A stretch of DNA of 64,000 bases from NCBI GenBank assembly GCA_029571985.1, contig JAKQVC010000194.1, forward strand, positions 9,139 to 73,138. The letters run 5' to 3'. The position numbers were made by a program, and so were the translations under genes. Shown here piece by piece: positions 44,401 to 54,318 of the stretch (the first letter of the stretch is position 1; each line of letters begins with the position of its first letter). This stretch comes from Bacteroidota bacterium (GTDB lineage Bacteria; Bacteroidota; Bacteroidia; Chitinophagales; BACL12). The notes below the pieces were generated by a model. The model was given only the letters and a program-made list of their open reading frames with translations. It did not search any database and had not been told where the DNA came from.

Positions 44401-45347
44401 CGGTACTGGTAAACAATCTGGTGAACGACCCAACCTTTAGTGGTGTGGGTGGATACGGACCGAGCGAGCCATTCTCGTTTTACGTGCAAAAAAATGCCTT
44501 ATATAAAGGAAAAGCCAGTGTGGTAAATGGTGATTTCAGCTTTGCGTTTATTGTTCCTAAGGATATCAGTTACAGTTTTGGCTCCGGCAAACTGAGCTAC
44601 TATGCAGATAACGGGTTAGAGGATGCGCATGGCTTCGATACAGAGGTAATTATTGGCGGCACAGCAGATGATGCCGTATTAGATGATGTTGGGCCGGAGG
44701 TTGAGGTGTACATGAATGATGAAACCTTTGTTTTAGGCGGTTTGACAGATGAAAACCCGATATTGTTAATTAAGCTCAGCGACAGCAGTGGTATTAACGC
44801 GCTGGGCAACGCCGTTGGACACGATATAACGGCAACCTTAGATGAAGACCAGCAGACGCTGTTGAAGCTCAATGAATATTATGAATCGGATTTAGACCAA
44901 TACCAAACGGGTTCTGTGGTTTATCCGCTTAGCGATATTGCCACCGGCAGACATACCGTGAGTGTGAAGGCCTGGGACGTGCATAACAATTCAGGAGACG
45001 GGTATACCGAGTTTATTGTGGCTGAAACGGCCGATCTGGCCTTGAGTCACGTGCTAAACTATCCAAACCCGTTTACCGATAATACATCCTTCTGGTTTGA
45101 ACATAACCGGCCGGGCGATTTGCTCGATGTGAAGGTAGAGGTATTTACCGTGAGCGGAAAGCGGGTAATCACCCTGCAGCAGCAGGTTGTAACCGACGGC
45201 TACCGGGTTGATTCCATTACCTGGGATGGGCGAGATGCTTACGGGGATCCGATTGGAAAGGGTGTTTATGTATATAAAGTGAGCGTTAAAGCTGCCAGTG
45301 ATAACAGCAGCGCTCAGGAATTTCAAAAACTGGTTATACTAAAATGA
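41442..45347 (+). CDS. porU: T9SS sortase PorU (peptidase C25)
   Basis: GRWYKI, YLLVFGDASFDY, IGIGRLP, catalytic NYLGHG and ITATC, LLGDP, KAWD, CTD NYPNPF; directly upstream of porV. Confidence 0.95.
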   Translation: MKANVSALRKLFSAAMLTCLWMNAVWAGAQFSVDRSLQWSATLRPFNSESGISYNALSFAGASFSVENTYVLPQFQESFPISGSLVSSATLTNTVFSPVTELNGKELEKLRSKLSKEIQVHASVGFAQKQPEAIIDFIPLRINPSTNVVEKLVSFTLTIQTSDIALKTTETTDVTGISALSSGRWYKISLTKEGIYKIDKDFLNSLGISGSISFSTLGVFGNGGGMLPESNADFRYDDIQENSIYKFDANGNNIFDDGDYILFYGQAPHRFNYIPSENTFRHQNNIYSDKTCYFISPDKGTGKFITGTASLPVENYTTSTYDIIQFIDADKSNLLSSGRAWYGDAFDIFNPSRDYSFTFPDLVAGSTMQYRIEAAGNSPSGSIILNLSANGTALPVDIVISQLVEGFTETYAYAELAESAFTTTGSSVTIGIDFTGSSTSTAWLDYIELLGRAQIKYAGSQLMFRDLQSIAPGRITKFSVQANTGVFIWDVTDQTQVKSMDYSAAGGVVEFITATDSLREFIVFEPANAYSSDELNFEQEVANQNIHNDTYFPDYVIVTHPSFLSEARRLAAYHYNEDGLDTLVVTTTQVYNEFSSGVMDLSAIRDMMRMFYVRAGADADKLPRYLLVFGDASFDYRNITYADDENTMKVPTFESPESLQKAYSYCTDDYMGFLDVTEGDDIESTSEKLDIGIGRLPCVTIEEAGQLVDKIMHYSSPESLGSWRNNLSFLADDEDYNTHVEDANLLAIYMEANHPVYNLDKIYFDSYQQIPGAGGERYPEVETAINNKLFTGSLIMNYLGHGNEQNWAQERVLSVDDINSWTNYDKLPLFITATCSFSRYDNPGLRSAGELVIMNPRGGGIALMTTVRLVYASANYDLNSNFIEHLFDAPGGINPRLGDAVRLGKNAVTTQPENNRKFILLGDPGVMLNYPKYQVQTKTVNGYDITVYTDTLKALDKVTITGEVTDESGEKLTGFNGIVYPAVYDKPVLVNNLVNDPTFSGVGGYGPSEPFSFYVQKNALYKGKASVVNGDFSFAFIVPKDISYSFGSGKLSYYADNGLEDAHGFDTEVIIGGTADDAVLDDVGPEVEVYMNDETFVLGGLTDENPILLIKLSDSSGINALGNAVGHDITATLDEDQQTLLKLNEYYESDLDQYQTGSVVYPLSDIATGRHTVSVKAWDVHNNSGDGYTEFIVAETADLALSHVLNYPNPFTDNTSFWFEHNRPGDLLDVKVEVFTVSGKRVITLQQQVVTDGYRVDSITWDGRDAYGDPIGKGVYVYKVSVKAASDNSSAQEFQKLVILK

Positions 45348-45409
45348 CCCCTCCCCTCGTTACAGAATGTTGTAATTTTGCGAACCTTAATATATTTTAG
45401 ATTCTTCTT

Positions 45410-46618
45410 ATGCGAATATCTCTGAGACTGACAGTGTTGATTGCGGTGGTTATCCTGGTTGGAAATGCCAGCCGCGCACAAATTTCACTTGGTGGAGACA
45501 CCGGTGATGAATATTTGAATACGGTGACAACCGCGGTGCCCTTTTTGCGCATTGCCCCTGACGCACGTTCTGGTGGCCTTGCCGATGCCGGTATAGCGAT
45601 TTCACCAGATGCAAACTCTATTTTCTGGAATGCTTCTAAAGCCGTTTTCATTGATGAAAAGCACCCATATGGCTTGTCGATGACCTATACCCCATGGCTC
45701 AGCAACCTCGTTGATGACATTTATCTGGCCTACCTGACCGGTTATTGGAAGGTTGATGAGTTGTCAGCATTAAGCACTTCACTCCGCTACTTTTCATTAG
45801 GTAGCATCACCTTTACAGATGCTTCAGGTAATGTTTTACAGGATTTCAGACCAAATGAATTTGCCTTTGACGTTGCATATTCACGTAAACTGGCCGACAA
45901 TTTATCGGCAGGTCTTACACTGAAATATCTTTTCTCCAACCTGGCTACTGATCAGGTGGTAAACGGTGTTCAGGTTACCCCGGCTATGGGTGTTGCTGCA
46001 GACATCAGCTTGTTTTACACAAGCAAGTTTGATACCGGCGATAAAGATTCTGAACTCGGTTTAGGTTTGGTGATTTCAAATGTGGGCAATAAGGTGACTT
46101 ACACCAGCAGTGTCGAAAAAGACTTTATTCCAACTAACCTGGGACTTGGTGCAGCTTATAGTGTGAATTTTGATCAATTCAACAAGTTGACCCTTGCGTT
46201 AGATGTAAACAAATTATTAGTACCTACACCGGACACTACGGATACTGACAATGATGGTATTCCAAACTTCAAAGAAGAAACCATGATAAGTGGTATGTTA
46301 GGTTCATTTAGTGATGCACCAAACGGATTCAGCGAAGAATTACATGAATTTATGATTAGCACCGGTTTAGAATATTGGTATGATGATAAGTTTGCAGTGC
46401 GCACCGGTTATTTTTATGAGCATCCAACAAAAGGTGATCGTCAATACTTCACTGTTGGTTTAGGTTTGCGCTATAATGTATTCGGACTTGATTTTTCATA
46501 TTTAGTTCCTACCAGCAACAACCAAAATCCATTGGATAACACCTTGCGATTTACATTAATTTTTAATCTTGATGCACTTGGCACATCAGGTGCTGAAGAA
46601 AGTGGATCTGACAGTTAA
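45410..46618 (+). CDS. porV: T9SS outer-membrane shuttle PorV
   Basis: TTAVPFLRIAPDARS, YTPWL, SLRYFSLG, KLLVPTP, KGDRQY, PLDNTLRF. -7 element TAATTTTG at 45373. Confidence 0.95.
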   Translation: MRISLRLTVLIAVVILVGNASRAQISLGGDTGDEYLNTVTTAVPFLRIAPDARSGGLADAGIAISPDANSIFWNASKAVFIDEKHPYGLSMTYTPWLSNLVDDIYLAYLTGYWKVDELSALSTSLRYFSLGSITFTDASGNVLQDFRPNEFAFDVAYSRKLADNLSAGLTLKYLFSNLATDQVVNGVQVTPAMGVAADISLFYTSKFDTGDKDSELGLGLVISNVGNKVTYTSSVEKDFIPTNLGLGAAYSVNFDQFNKLTLALDVNKLLVPTPDTTDTDNDGIPNFKEETMISGMLGSFSDAPNGFSEELHEFMISTGLEYWYDDKFAVRTGYFYEHPTKGDRQYFTVGLGLRYNVFGLDFSYLVPTSNNQNPLDNTLRFTLIFNLDALGTSGAEESGSDS

Positions 46619-46635
46619 ACTTATTTTTACTGTAT

Positions 46636-46671
46636 AAAAAAAGGCTGATTCAAATGAATCAGCCTTTTTTT
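46636..46671 (+). terminator. Rho-independent terminator after porV
   Basis: AAAAAAAGGCTGATTCA-aa-TGAATCAGCCTTTTTTT. Confidence 0.9.
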
Positions 46672-46838
46672 ATTGCATAATGTGTGCTTGTCATCCTACT
46701 GTCATAAACGGCGCAAACGAAAGTTGGTGGCTGATTCTTGTACAGAAAAATAAAAAATATTTCCTGCACGTATCCCAACCTCTATACCAGGTACGTCGTG
46801 TATGTATTTGTTAAACAATTATTTAAATCTCCTCTATT

Positions 46839-48455
46839 ATGAAAAGAATTACAACTCTACTCCTGATTACACTCACAACGATATTTCACGCCTGGGCTAA
46901 ACCCATGTTTTGCAGTTCAGCATTTACTGTTACCATTGACGGTGCAACGGCTGCATTTAATGGAGAAGCAACAGGTGTATCACCTTATTTCAGTTGGGAT
47001 TTCGGCGATGGCACTTACGGAAGTGGCGAAGATGTGATACATACCTATTCAGATAATGGTTTGTATCTGGTTTGTCTTTCTGTAATTACGGCTGACAGCT
47101 GCTTTTCCGTCTCTTGCGACAGTATCTACATAGACGGTGCCGGTGGTGGTGTTGATAGTGGTGAATGTTCCGCTGCATTCACGTGGTTTGAAACATTTGG
47201 CACCGTCTATTTTACTGATGCTTCCGATGATGGAGGTGCAGATGACATTTATTGGCAATGGAATTTTGGTGACGGCTCTATGTCGGATGCAGAAAATCCG
47301 GTGCATACTTATTTGCCTGGCACCTATGAAGTGTGTCTGACAATTTACACCAGCGATTCCTGTTCGAGTATGTTTTGCGATTTAGTGACTGTTGGTGGAG
47401 GTATTGACTCTATGTCATGCAGTGCAGGTTTTGTTTTTGATACGGATGATGACATGGCCTATTTCGAAAATACCAGTACAGGCGGTGGCGCTGATATTGT
47501 ATCCTATTGGTGGTCATTTGGTGATGGCACCTATTCTGATGCAGAAAATCCATCGCACCTTTATGCTGATGATGATATTTATTTTGTTTGTCTGACAATT
47601 TACACTGCAGATTCCTGCACTAGCACTTATTGCTCTGAGGTGATCATCGGAGGCGGTGGTGGAGGTATTGACTCACTGCTTTGTGCAGCTGAATATGAAT
47701 ATACAGTATCAGGCACAGAAGTAGATTTTGTGAATACCAGCGATGGTGGCGGTGCGGATATCTGGACATATTATTGGGAATTTGGTGATGGCGGAACCAG
47801 CTACGAAGAAGATCCTACACATATCTTCGCATTTGAAGGTGTTTTTGAAGTTTGCTTAACCATTTTCACTTCAGATAGTTGTTCAAGCACTTATTGCCAA
47901 CCGGTTGATATCACGGATGGTGATACTACTGGTGTATGTAATGCTTTCTTTGAATATGATTTCGGTATTACCCCTTGGGGAATTTTTACAACGAATTTAT
48001 CAGATGATGGTGGTGCACCTACAATGACTTACTCTTGGGATTTCGGAGATGGTGGAACGAGTACAGAATTCGAACCTGTGCACGAATATGCTATAGGCGG
48101 AAGCTACAATGTATGTCTCACAGTAACCACGCCTACATGCAGTGATACGTATTGTTTAGTTGTAGACATTGCTGCTGCAACAGATGATATTTTACTCGGA
48201 GGTTTAGTTGTGACACCAAATCCAGCTCATGATAATGTGCAGATTCAATTTAGCAGTACAGAAACATCATTAGCACAGATGTATGTAGCAGATTTGACTG
48301 GTAAACAAATATATGCTCTATCCTCAGAACCCGTTCAAACCGGATTTAATGCAATTCAAATCGAAACATCCACCTGGGAGTCAGGGATGTATGTGATACA
48401 TATCCAACTTGCTGATGGCAGCATCGCAAGCGAGAAAATATTGGTTGTGCATTGA
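46839..48455 (+). CDS. T9SS-secreted protein with five PKD domains
   Basis: Five WxFGDG...H.Y/F...VCL repeats; CTD PNPA...DLTGK...SGMY...KILVVH. Confidence 0.9.
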   Translation: MKRITTLLLITLTTIFHAWAKPMFCSSAFTVTIDGATAAFNGEATGVSPYFSWDFGDGTYGSGEDVIHTYSDNGLYLVCLSVITADSCFSVSCDSIYIDGAGGGVDSGECSAAFTWFETFGTVYFTDASDDGGADDIYWQWNFGDGSMSDAENPVHTYLPGTYEVCLTIYTSDSCSSMFCDLVTVGGGIDSMSCSAGFVFDTDDDMAYFENTSTGGGADIVSYWWSFGDGTYSDAENPSHLYADDDIYFVCLTIYTADSCTSTYCSEVIIGGGGGGIDSLLCAAEYEYTVSGTEVDFVNTSDGGGADIWTYYWEFGDGGTSYEEDPTHIFAFEGVFEVCLTIFTSDSCSSTYCQPVDITDGDTTGVCNAFFEYDFGITPWGIFTTNLSDDGGAPTMTYSWDFGDGGTSTEFEPVHEYAIGGSYNVCLTVTTPTCSDTYCLVVDIAAATDDILLGGLVVTPNPAHDNVQIQFSSTETSLAQMYVADLTGKQIYALSSEPVQTGFNAIQIETSTWESGMYVIHIQLADGSIASEKILVVH

Positions 48456-48475
48456 TTGTGTTCCTTTAGTCGCTG

Positions 48476-48506
48476 AAGCCGGGATTGTGCGATCCCGGCT
48501 TTTTTT
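48476..48506 (+). terminator. Rho-independent terminator
   Basis: AAGCCGGGATTG-tg-CGATCCCGGCTT followed by a T run. Confidence 0.88.
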
Positions 48507-48528
48507 ATGCAGGAAATCTCCAAATGAC

Positions 48529-48590
48529 TGCATTTCAGGCCTGCCCTGAAGTGAAAACTACGCAGTGGAGTGGAGTAGTTTTCTACTTCA
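48529..48590 (+). repeat. Solo copy of the GGCCTG-tagged bulged hairpin element
   Basis: TGCATTTCA-GGCCTG-CCCTGAAGT-GAAAACTAC-gcagtggagtgga-GTAGTTTTC-T-ACTTCA, matching 49249-49310 and 49462-49523 except in the loop. Confidence 0.95.
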
Positions 48591-48675
48591 ACCTATTAAT
48601 TCTATTGTGAGATACTCCGAAATCTGAAAAAGAATTCAACCCAAGGTTACCCAACATTTCAACGATGATTAAAAA

Positions 48676-48999
48676 TTAAACAGAGTCTTCTATCCAAGTA
48701 ACGGCTGTATTTTTATACACCGGTAACTTTAACTTAGCCAATGTGTTCGAAAGCATTATTCGAATGGCTTTTTTGCCGGCAGTTGTTTTTAAATACTTCT
48801 CTCGTCTTACTGCATCATCCTTAAAATAATAATACTCTATAAAGATGAGTTTTAAAGGCAGTCTTGATGATGTGCTGATGCATAACCCACTATTATGTTC
48901 ATGCATTCGCTTTACGATATCACTAGTGAATCCAGTGTATAACATATTATCCGTCTTACTAAATAATATATAGACACAATAGTCAAGTCCAGTTTGCAT
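48676..48999 (-). CDS. Stand-alone GIY-YIG nuclease (YhbQ/UPF0213-like size)
   Basis: YCVYILFS...LYTGFTSDIVKRMHEHNSG...T..R.P.KL...E...AVRREKYLKT..GK. ATG 48999 preferred (ORF track starts at 49026). Confidence 0.92.
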   Translation of the reverse strand: MQTGLDYCVYILFSKTDNMLYTGFTSDIVKRMHEHNSGLCISTSSRLPLKLIFIEYYYFKDDAVRREKYLKTTAGKKAIRIMLSNTLAKLKLPVYKNTAVTWIEDSV

Positions 49000-49164
49000 C
49001 GGCTTCTGATTGACACAAAAATCCACACTTATTCTGGCACCGCTATATTTTTTTAATAGCAGTTACCGACATAGGGGTGGCGCAGATAACTTTTACATGG
49101 AAAGTAGCTCTGAAAATTGAGTAACCGCTTAACAATAAAGCAGCGATTCACGCTTATCCACAAG

Positions 49165-49526
49165 CCCTGAAGCAGATCTCCTGCGTCGATCGCTTCAGGG
49201 CAGGCCCTATATCTCGTATATTGCTTTGACCAAAGGTCAAAGTATCATTGCATTTCAGGCCTGCCCTGAAGTGAAAACTACGCAGCAAAGCGGAGTAGTT
49301 TTCTACTTCAAGGCTTTTCTTGTAATGCAAAACATAATCTAATTAAATGTCAATGTTTTAATTCCACAACCAGCTCTCCCTGAAGCAGATCTCCTGCGTC
49401 GATCGCTTCAGGGCAGGCCCAATATCTCGTACATTGCTTTGACCAAAGGTCAAAGTATCATTGCATTTCAGGCCTGCCCTGAAGTGAAAACTACGCAGCA
49501 AAGCGGAGTAGTTTTCTACTTCAGGG
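49165..49526. repeat. Two direct copies of a 146-bp composite palindromic (REPIN-like) element
   Basis: 49165-49310 and 49378-49523 differ at 2 positions. Each consists of an inverted tagged hairpin, a central hairpin CTTTGACC-aaa-GGTCAAAG, and a forward tagged hairpin. Confidence 0.96.
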
Positions 49527-49552
49527 GTATTGAGTAATTTTGGGCTATCTTA

Positions 49553-52500
49553 ATGCATATGAAAGAAGCTCAACCATATCATCCTCAAAACAAGGTGCGC
49601 ATTGTAACAGCAGCCAGTTTGTTTGACGGGCACGATGCGGCCATCAATGTGATGCGCAGGATTATTCAGGCAACGGGGGTTGAAGTGATTCACCTGGGGC
49701 ACGACCGCAGCGTTGAGGAGGTGGTGAATTGCGCCATTCAGGAAGATGTGCAAGCTATTGCCATGACGTCATATCAGGGCGGACATGTCGAGTACTTTAA
49801 ATACATGTTTGATCTGTTGCAGGAAAAAGGTGCCGCACATATTAAAATTTTTGGCGGCGGAGGTGGTACAATCCTGCCAACCGAAATAGCAGAATTACAT
49901 GCCTATGGTATTACGCGAATTTATTCTCCGGATGATGGTCGCGCGATGGGCTTGCAAGGTATGATTAATGATTTAGTGCAAAAAAGTGATTTTCCAACAG
50001 GTGTTCAATTAAATGGTGAAGTAAAACGCATTGCAGGACAGGAATGGAACAGCATAGCAAAATCCATTTCAGCTGTTGAAAATCAAACTGCAGATGCAGA
50101 ACGAATTCTGCAGGAAGTGGAAGCACAAATATCAACGAGCACAACACCAGTTTTAGGAATAACAGGCACAGGCGGCGCAGGTAAATCCTCTTTAGTAGAT
50201 GAGTTGGTGCGCAGATTTTTACTCGACTTCACAGATAAAACAATTGCCATATTATCGGTTGACCCGTCAAAACGGAAAACGGGTGGTGCATTATTAGGTG
50301 ATCGCATACGCATGAATGCCATCAATAACAAACGTGTTTATATGCGTTCGATGGCAACACGTCAGGCGAATCTGGCATTAAGTAAACACGTGGATGAGGC
50401 GGTTAAAATTCTGAAAGCTGCACATTTTGATTTAATCATTTTAGAAACTTCAGGAATCGGTCAAAGTGATACGGAAATTACGGAACACAGCGATGTGTGT
50501 TTATATGTCATGACGCCGGAATATGGTGCCGCGAGTCAGCTCGAGAAAATTGACATGCTGGATTTTGCGGATATGATTGCCATCAATAAATTCGACAAGC
50601 GCGGTGCACAGGATGCCTTACGTGATGTTAGGAAGCAGTTCCAGCGCAATCATAAATTATTTGAGCAGGATGTGGAACAGATGCCAGTTTTTGCAACGAT
50701 TGCCTCTCAGTTTAACGACCCAGGCACAAATCAATTATATCGTCATCTGATGGATACCATCCGCACAAAAACAGGTGTGGATTTACATAGCGATTTTCAT
50801 GTTTCGGATGAGATGAGTAAAAAAATATTTATCATCCCACCACAACGCACAAGATATCTCGCAGAGATTTCAGAGAACAATCGAAATTATGATAAAAAGG
50901 TTGCCGAACAAGCGGCTATTGCACAACAATTATATGCATTAGAAACTGCTTCTAAAGCCATTGAAGATGCTCAGGTGCGCAACACCCTGTTGGAAACCAG
51001 CAATAAACTCAGCAAAAAACTCGACCATGAACATGCTGATTTAATCAAGCAATGGGCCGATAAGAAAAAATCATATCGCGATGAATATTACACCTTTAAG
51101 GTGCGGGATAAAGAATTAAAAATAAAAACGCATAGCGAGAGTTTATCGCATGTGCAGATTCCCAAAATTGCCATGCCGAAATTTGAAGCTTGGGGTGATG
51201 TATTGAGATGGCAGCTACAGGAAAATGTTCCAGGTGAATTTCCTTATACAGCAGGTATCTACCCTTTCAAACGCGAAGAAGAAGACCCTACGCGTATGTT
51301 TGCCGGTGAAGGTGGACCTGAACGCACAAATAAACGATTCCATTACGTAAGTTTAGGCATGCCGGCAAAGCGACTGAGCACTGCATTTGATTCAGTAACC
51401 CTGTATGGAAATGATCCTGATTATCGCCCGGATATTTATGGTAAAATCGGCAACTCAGGGGTGAGTATTTGCTGTCTGGATGATGCGAAAAAATTGTACA
51501 GCGGTTTTGATTTAGCTGATCCAAAAACTTCTGTATCAATGACCATCAATGGTCCGGCGCCGATGCTTTTGGGATTTTTTATGAATGCGGCCATTGACCA
51601 ACAATGCGAAAAATATATCCGCGCGCATGGATTAGAAGCAGAAGTTGAAGCAAAAATTAAACAGATTTACGCAGGCAAAGAACAATTGCGACCAACCTAT
51701 CATGCATCAGAATTGCCGCAAGGAAATGATGGACTTGGCTTGATGCTATTAGGCGTTACCGGCGATCAAGTATTACCTGCTGATGTGTATGCAGATATTA
51801 AAGCAAAAACATTAAGTGTTGTTCGCGGCACTGTTCAGGCGGATATTTTAAAAGAAGATCAGGCACAAAATACCTGTATTTTCAGCACTGAATATGCGCT
51901 CCGTTTAATGGGTGATGTGCAGGATTATTTCATCCGAAATAAAGTGCGCAATTTTTATTCCGTTTCGATTTCCGGATACCACATTGCAGAAGCCGGTGCT
52001 AATCCGATTACCCAACTGGCGTTTACGCTGGCGAATGGATTTACTTATGTAGAATATTACCTGAGTCGCGGCATGCACATCAACGACTTTGGTCCGAATT
52101 TATCTTTCTTTTTCAGCAATGGTGTTGATCCGGAGTATGCTGTGATTGGCAGAGTGGCCAGAAGATTGTGGGCTAAAGCGATGAAATTTAAATATGGAGC
52201 GGATGAGCGCACACAAAAATTAAAATATCATATTCAAACTTCCGGCAGAAGTTTACATGCGCAGGAAATTGATTTTAACGATATCCGCACTACCCTTCAG
52301 GCATTATATGCCATTTATGATAATTGCAATTCGCTGCATACCAATGCGTATGATGAAGCCATAACCACTCCAACCGAAGAAAGTGTGCGCAGGGCGATGG
52401 CGATTCAACTCATTATCAATAAAGAATTAGGCCTGGCGAAAAATGAAAACCCAATGCAGGGCTCCTTTATTACTGAAGAATTAACTGATTTAGTTGAAGA

Positions 52501-52924
52501 AGCTGTACTCTCTGAATTTGACCGTATCACAGAACGAGGCGGTGTATTGGGTGCCATGGAAACGATGTATCAACGGGGAAAAATCCAGGAAGAAAGCCTG
52601 TATTATGAAACCTTAAAACATACAGGTAAATATCCAATCATCGGGGTAAACACATTTTTAAATTCAAAAGGATCGCCAACAGTAATTCCTGCCGAAGTAA
52701 TCCGTGCTACCGAAGAAGAAAAAGAAGCTCAAATTACAACCTTGCGTAATCTGCATGCCATGCACACAGAAAAAGCGCAACAGCAATTACGCCATATCCA
52801 ACTTGCCGCCATCGAAAATCGCAACGTGTTTGAAACACTGATGGAAGCCTGTAAATATTGCTCGCTGGGACAAATAACAAAAGCAATGTTTGAGGTAGGC
52901 GGGCAGTATCGGAGAAATATGTGA
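49553..52924 (+). CDS. icmF: Fused isobutyryl/methylmalonyl-CoA mutase with MeaB-type GTPase (IcmF)
   Basis: B12-binding [12 protein letters not shown], GTPase GTGGAGKSS / LLGDRIRM / NKFD, mutase [26 protein letters not shown]-terminal GGQYRRNM. -7 element TAATTTTG at 49535. Confidence 0.93.
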   Translation: MHMKEAQPYHPQNKVRIVTAASLFDGHDAAINVMRRIIQATGVEVIHLGHDRSVEEVVNCAIQEDVQAIAMTSYQGGHVEYFKYMFDLLQEKGAAHIKIFGGGGGTILPTEIAELHAYGITRIYSPDDGRAMGLQGMINDLVQKSDFPTGVQLNGEVKRIAGQEWNSIAKSISAVENQTADAERILQEVEAQISTSTTPVLGITGTGGAGKSSLVDELVRRFLLDFTDKTIAILSVDPSKRKTGGALLGDRIRMNAINNKRVYMRSMATRQANLALSKHVDEAVKILKAAHFDLIILETSGIGQSDTEITEHSDVCLYVMTPEYGAASQLEKIDMLDFADMIAINKFDKRGAQDALRDVRKQFQRNHKLFEQDVEQMPVFATIASQFNDPGTNQLYRHLMDTIRTKTGVDLHSDFHVSDEMSKKIFIIPPQRTRYLAEISENNRNYDKKVAEQAAIAQQLYALETASKAIEDAQVRNTLLETSNKLSKKLDHEHADLIKQWADKKKSYRDEYYTFKVRDKELKIKTHSESLSHVQIPKIAMPKFEAWGDVLRWQLQENVPGEFPYTAGIYPFKREEEDPTRMFAGEGGPERTNKRFHYVSLGMPAKRLSTAFDSVTLYGNDPDYRPDIYGKIGNSGVSICCLDDAKKLYSGFDLADPKTSVSMTINGPAPMLLGFFMNAAIDQQCEKYIRAHGLEAEVEAKIKQIYAGKEQLRPTYHASELPQGNDGLGLMLLGVTGDQVLPADVYADIKAKTLSVVRGTVQADILKEDQAQNTCIFSTEYALRLMGDVQDYFIRNKVRNFYSVSISGYHIAEAGANPITQLAFTLANGFTYVEYYLSRGMHINDFGPNLSFFFSNGVDPEYAVIGRVARRLWAKAMKFKYGADERTQKLKYHIQTSGRSLHAQEIDFNDIRTTLQALYAIYDNCNSLHTNAYDEAITTPTEESVRRAMAIQLIINKELGLAKNENPMQGSFITEELTDLVEEAVLSEFDRITERGGVLGAMETMYQRGKIQEESLYYETLKHTGKYPIIGVNTFLNSKGSPTVIPAEVIRATEEEKEAQITTLRNLHAMHTEKAQQQLRHIQLAAIENRNVFETLMEACKYCSLGQITKAMFEVGGQYRRNM

Positions 52925-52939
52925 TGGGGGGGTGCGCAT

Positions 52940-52958
52940 GTGTCGACGTGTCGACGTG
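52940..52958 (+). repeat. Short GTGTCGAC octamer repeat, same unit as at 18773-18804
   Basis: GTGTCGAC GTGTCGAC GTG shortly after the icmF stop. Confidence 0.6.
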
Positions 52959-53073
52959 ATGAGGGTTTATTTTTGTTGGCTTAGTTTGGCGCCATCAGGT
53001 ATGATTTCCCCAACACACTATTATATCTAACCTTGAATACCTATTTTCACACTTCAAATTATTCCCAAATTAC

Positions 53074-54309
53074 GTGAAACCTTTTGCTGCTGATTTACGA
53101 GATGCTTATCAGGGAATGGAAGCCCAACGTTGGAAATTGCATATAAGTCGATTTCTCACACACCTGTTTGAATTTTATTTTTTAGTTGTTGTGGTGAGTT
53201 TATTTATTGGGTTTCTGGTAATGTTTTCTGCAAATGCGGATTTTGGTGGTTTTCTCAAGGTTATGAATGTATTCATGATAACGGTATTATCTATTGTTGT
53301 CATCGGAATTGTCCGCAAGCAGGTATCTCAATTTCTGACTAAACGTAAATCAATCATTTCTGATAGTCCTTTCAGCATCTGGATGATCACCCTGCTTATT
53401 TCCGCATTGGGTTTGTATGCGGGTTATGTATTGGGAACACGATTTCTGGGCGCAGAAATGTCGTTGCATTTTATGTTGAGATGGGGTGCAGCATTAGGTA
53501 GTGTGTTTGTTTTTTTGGGCCCATATTATCTGCTCAAACGCGTGGAAACACGCATGGTGCAACAATATAAGTCGATTCTTTTTCAGTATGCTTTACCAAA
53601 AATCAAAAACGATGCACGCTATACGGAATCCGGGTTTATTGGTAAACAGGTATTCCTCGACAGTAAACTGTACCCGCTCACCTCAGGCGCAACACAAACT
53701 TCATCACCAGATTCAGGAGAAATTTTCAGCTATAAAGGAACTGACCTGATTTTATGTCCGGATGCACAATTTCAATGCTGCTACTTAGATGTGATTAAGC
53801 GCGAAACAGTGAGAAGTTCCGGCAAAACGGAAACGAAAATCGCTCCATTGTTTAACGGATATTTTATTGTGATGGATACCGACAAACGCATTAATGGAGA
53901 AACCTATCTAGTTCCGGATATCAGCACAGCATTATTTGGAGAAGTTATTGGTGAATCCTTCAATAGGCTCGGCAACAGACCCGGCACTCAGATAGCTTTT
54001 ATGGAAGACCCCGGATTTGAGGCCAGATTTACAGTGTATACAACGGATGAACAGGAAGCCCGTTATTTGCTGTCGCCAAAACGTGTTGAACGAATCAGAA
54101 TGTTTGCTGAGCAATTTATTCAACCCATTTCCATTGCTTTTATTGAAAATCACATCTTTATTGGTATTCAACAGGATGCAGATTTATTCTCTCCCCCACC
54201 GTTCGGCCCTATTTATGAGGAGAAAACTGTTGAAAATCAATTGAGTATACTTTCAGCCATACTGACACTTCCAGATCAATTTGATATCAAACGGGATAAC
54301 TGGAAGTAA
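53074..54309 (+). CDS. DUF3137-domain membrane protein
   Basis: Four N-terminal TM helices; LFNGYF, EDPGFEARFTVYTTDEQEARYLLSP, ISIAF. Confidence 0.8.
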   Translation: MKPFAADLRDAYQGMEAQRWKLHISRFLTHLFEFYFLVVVVSLFIGFLVMFSANADFGGFLKVMNVFMITVLSIVVIGIVRKQVSQFLTKRKSIISDSPFSIWMITLLISALGLYAGYVLGTRFLGAEMSLHFMLRWGAALGSVFVFLGPYYLLKRVETRMVQQYKSILFQYALPKIKNDARYTESGFIGKQVFLDSKLYPLTSGATQTSSPDSGEIFSYKGTDLILCPDAQFQCCYLDVIKRETVRSSGKTETKIAPLFNGYFIVMDTDKRINGETYLVPDISTALFGEVIGESFNRLGNRPGTQIAFMEDPGFEARFTVYTTDEQEARYLLSPKRVERIRMFAEQFIQPISIAFIENHIFIGIQQDADLFSPPPFGPIYEEKTVENQLSILSAILTLPDQFDIKRDNWK

Positions 54310-54318
54310 GGTAGAACG

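Noticed and set aside
49154-49162. Perfect DnaA box TTATCCACA beside the first composite repeat
   Set aside because: Single perfect box with no convincing cluster or unwinding element; compatible with chance.
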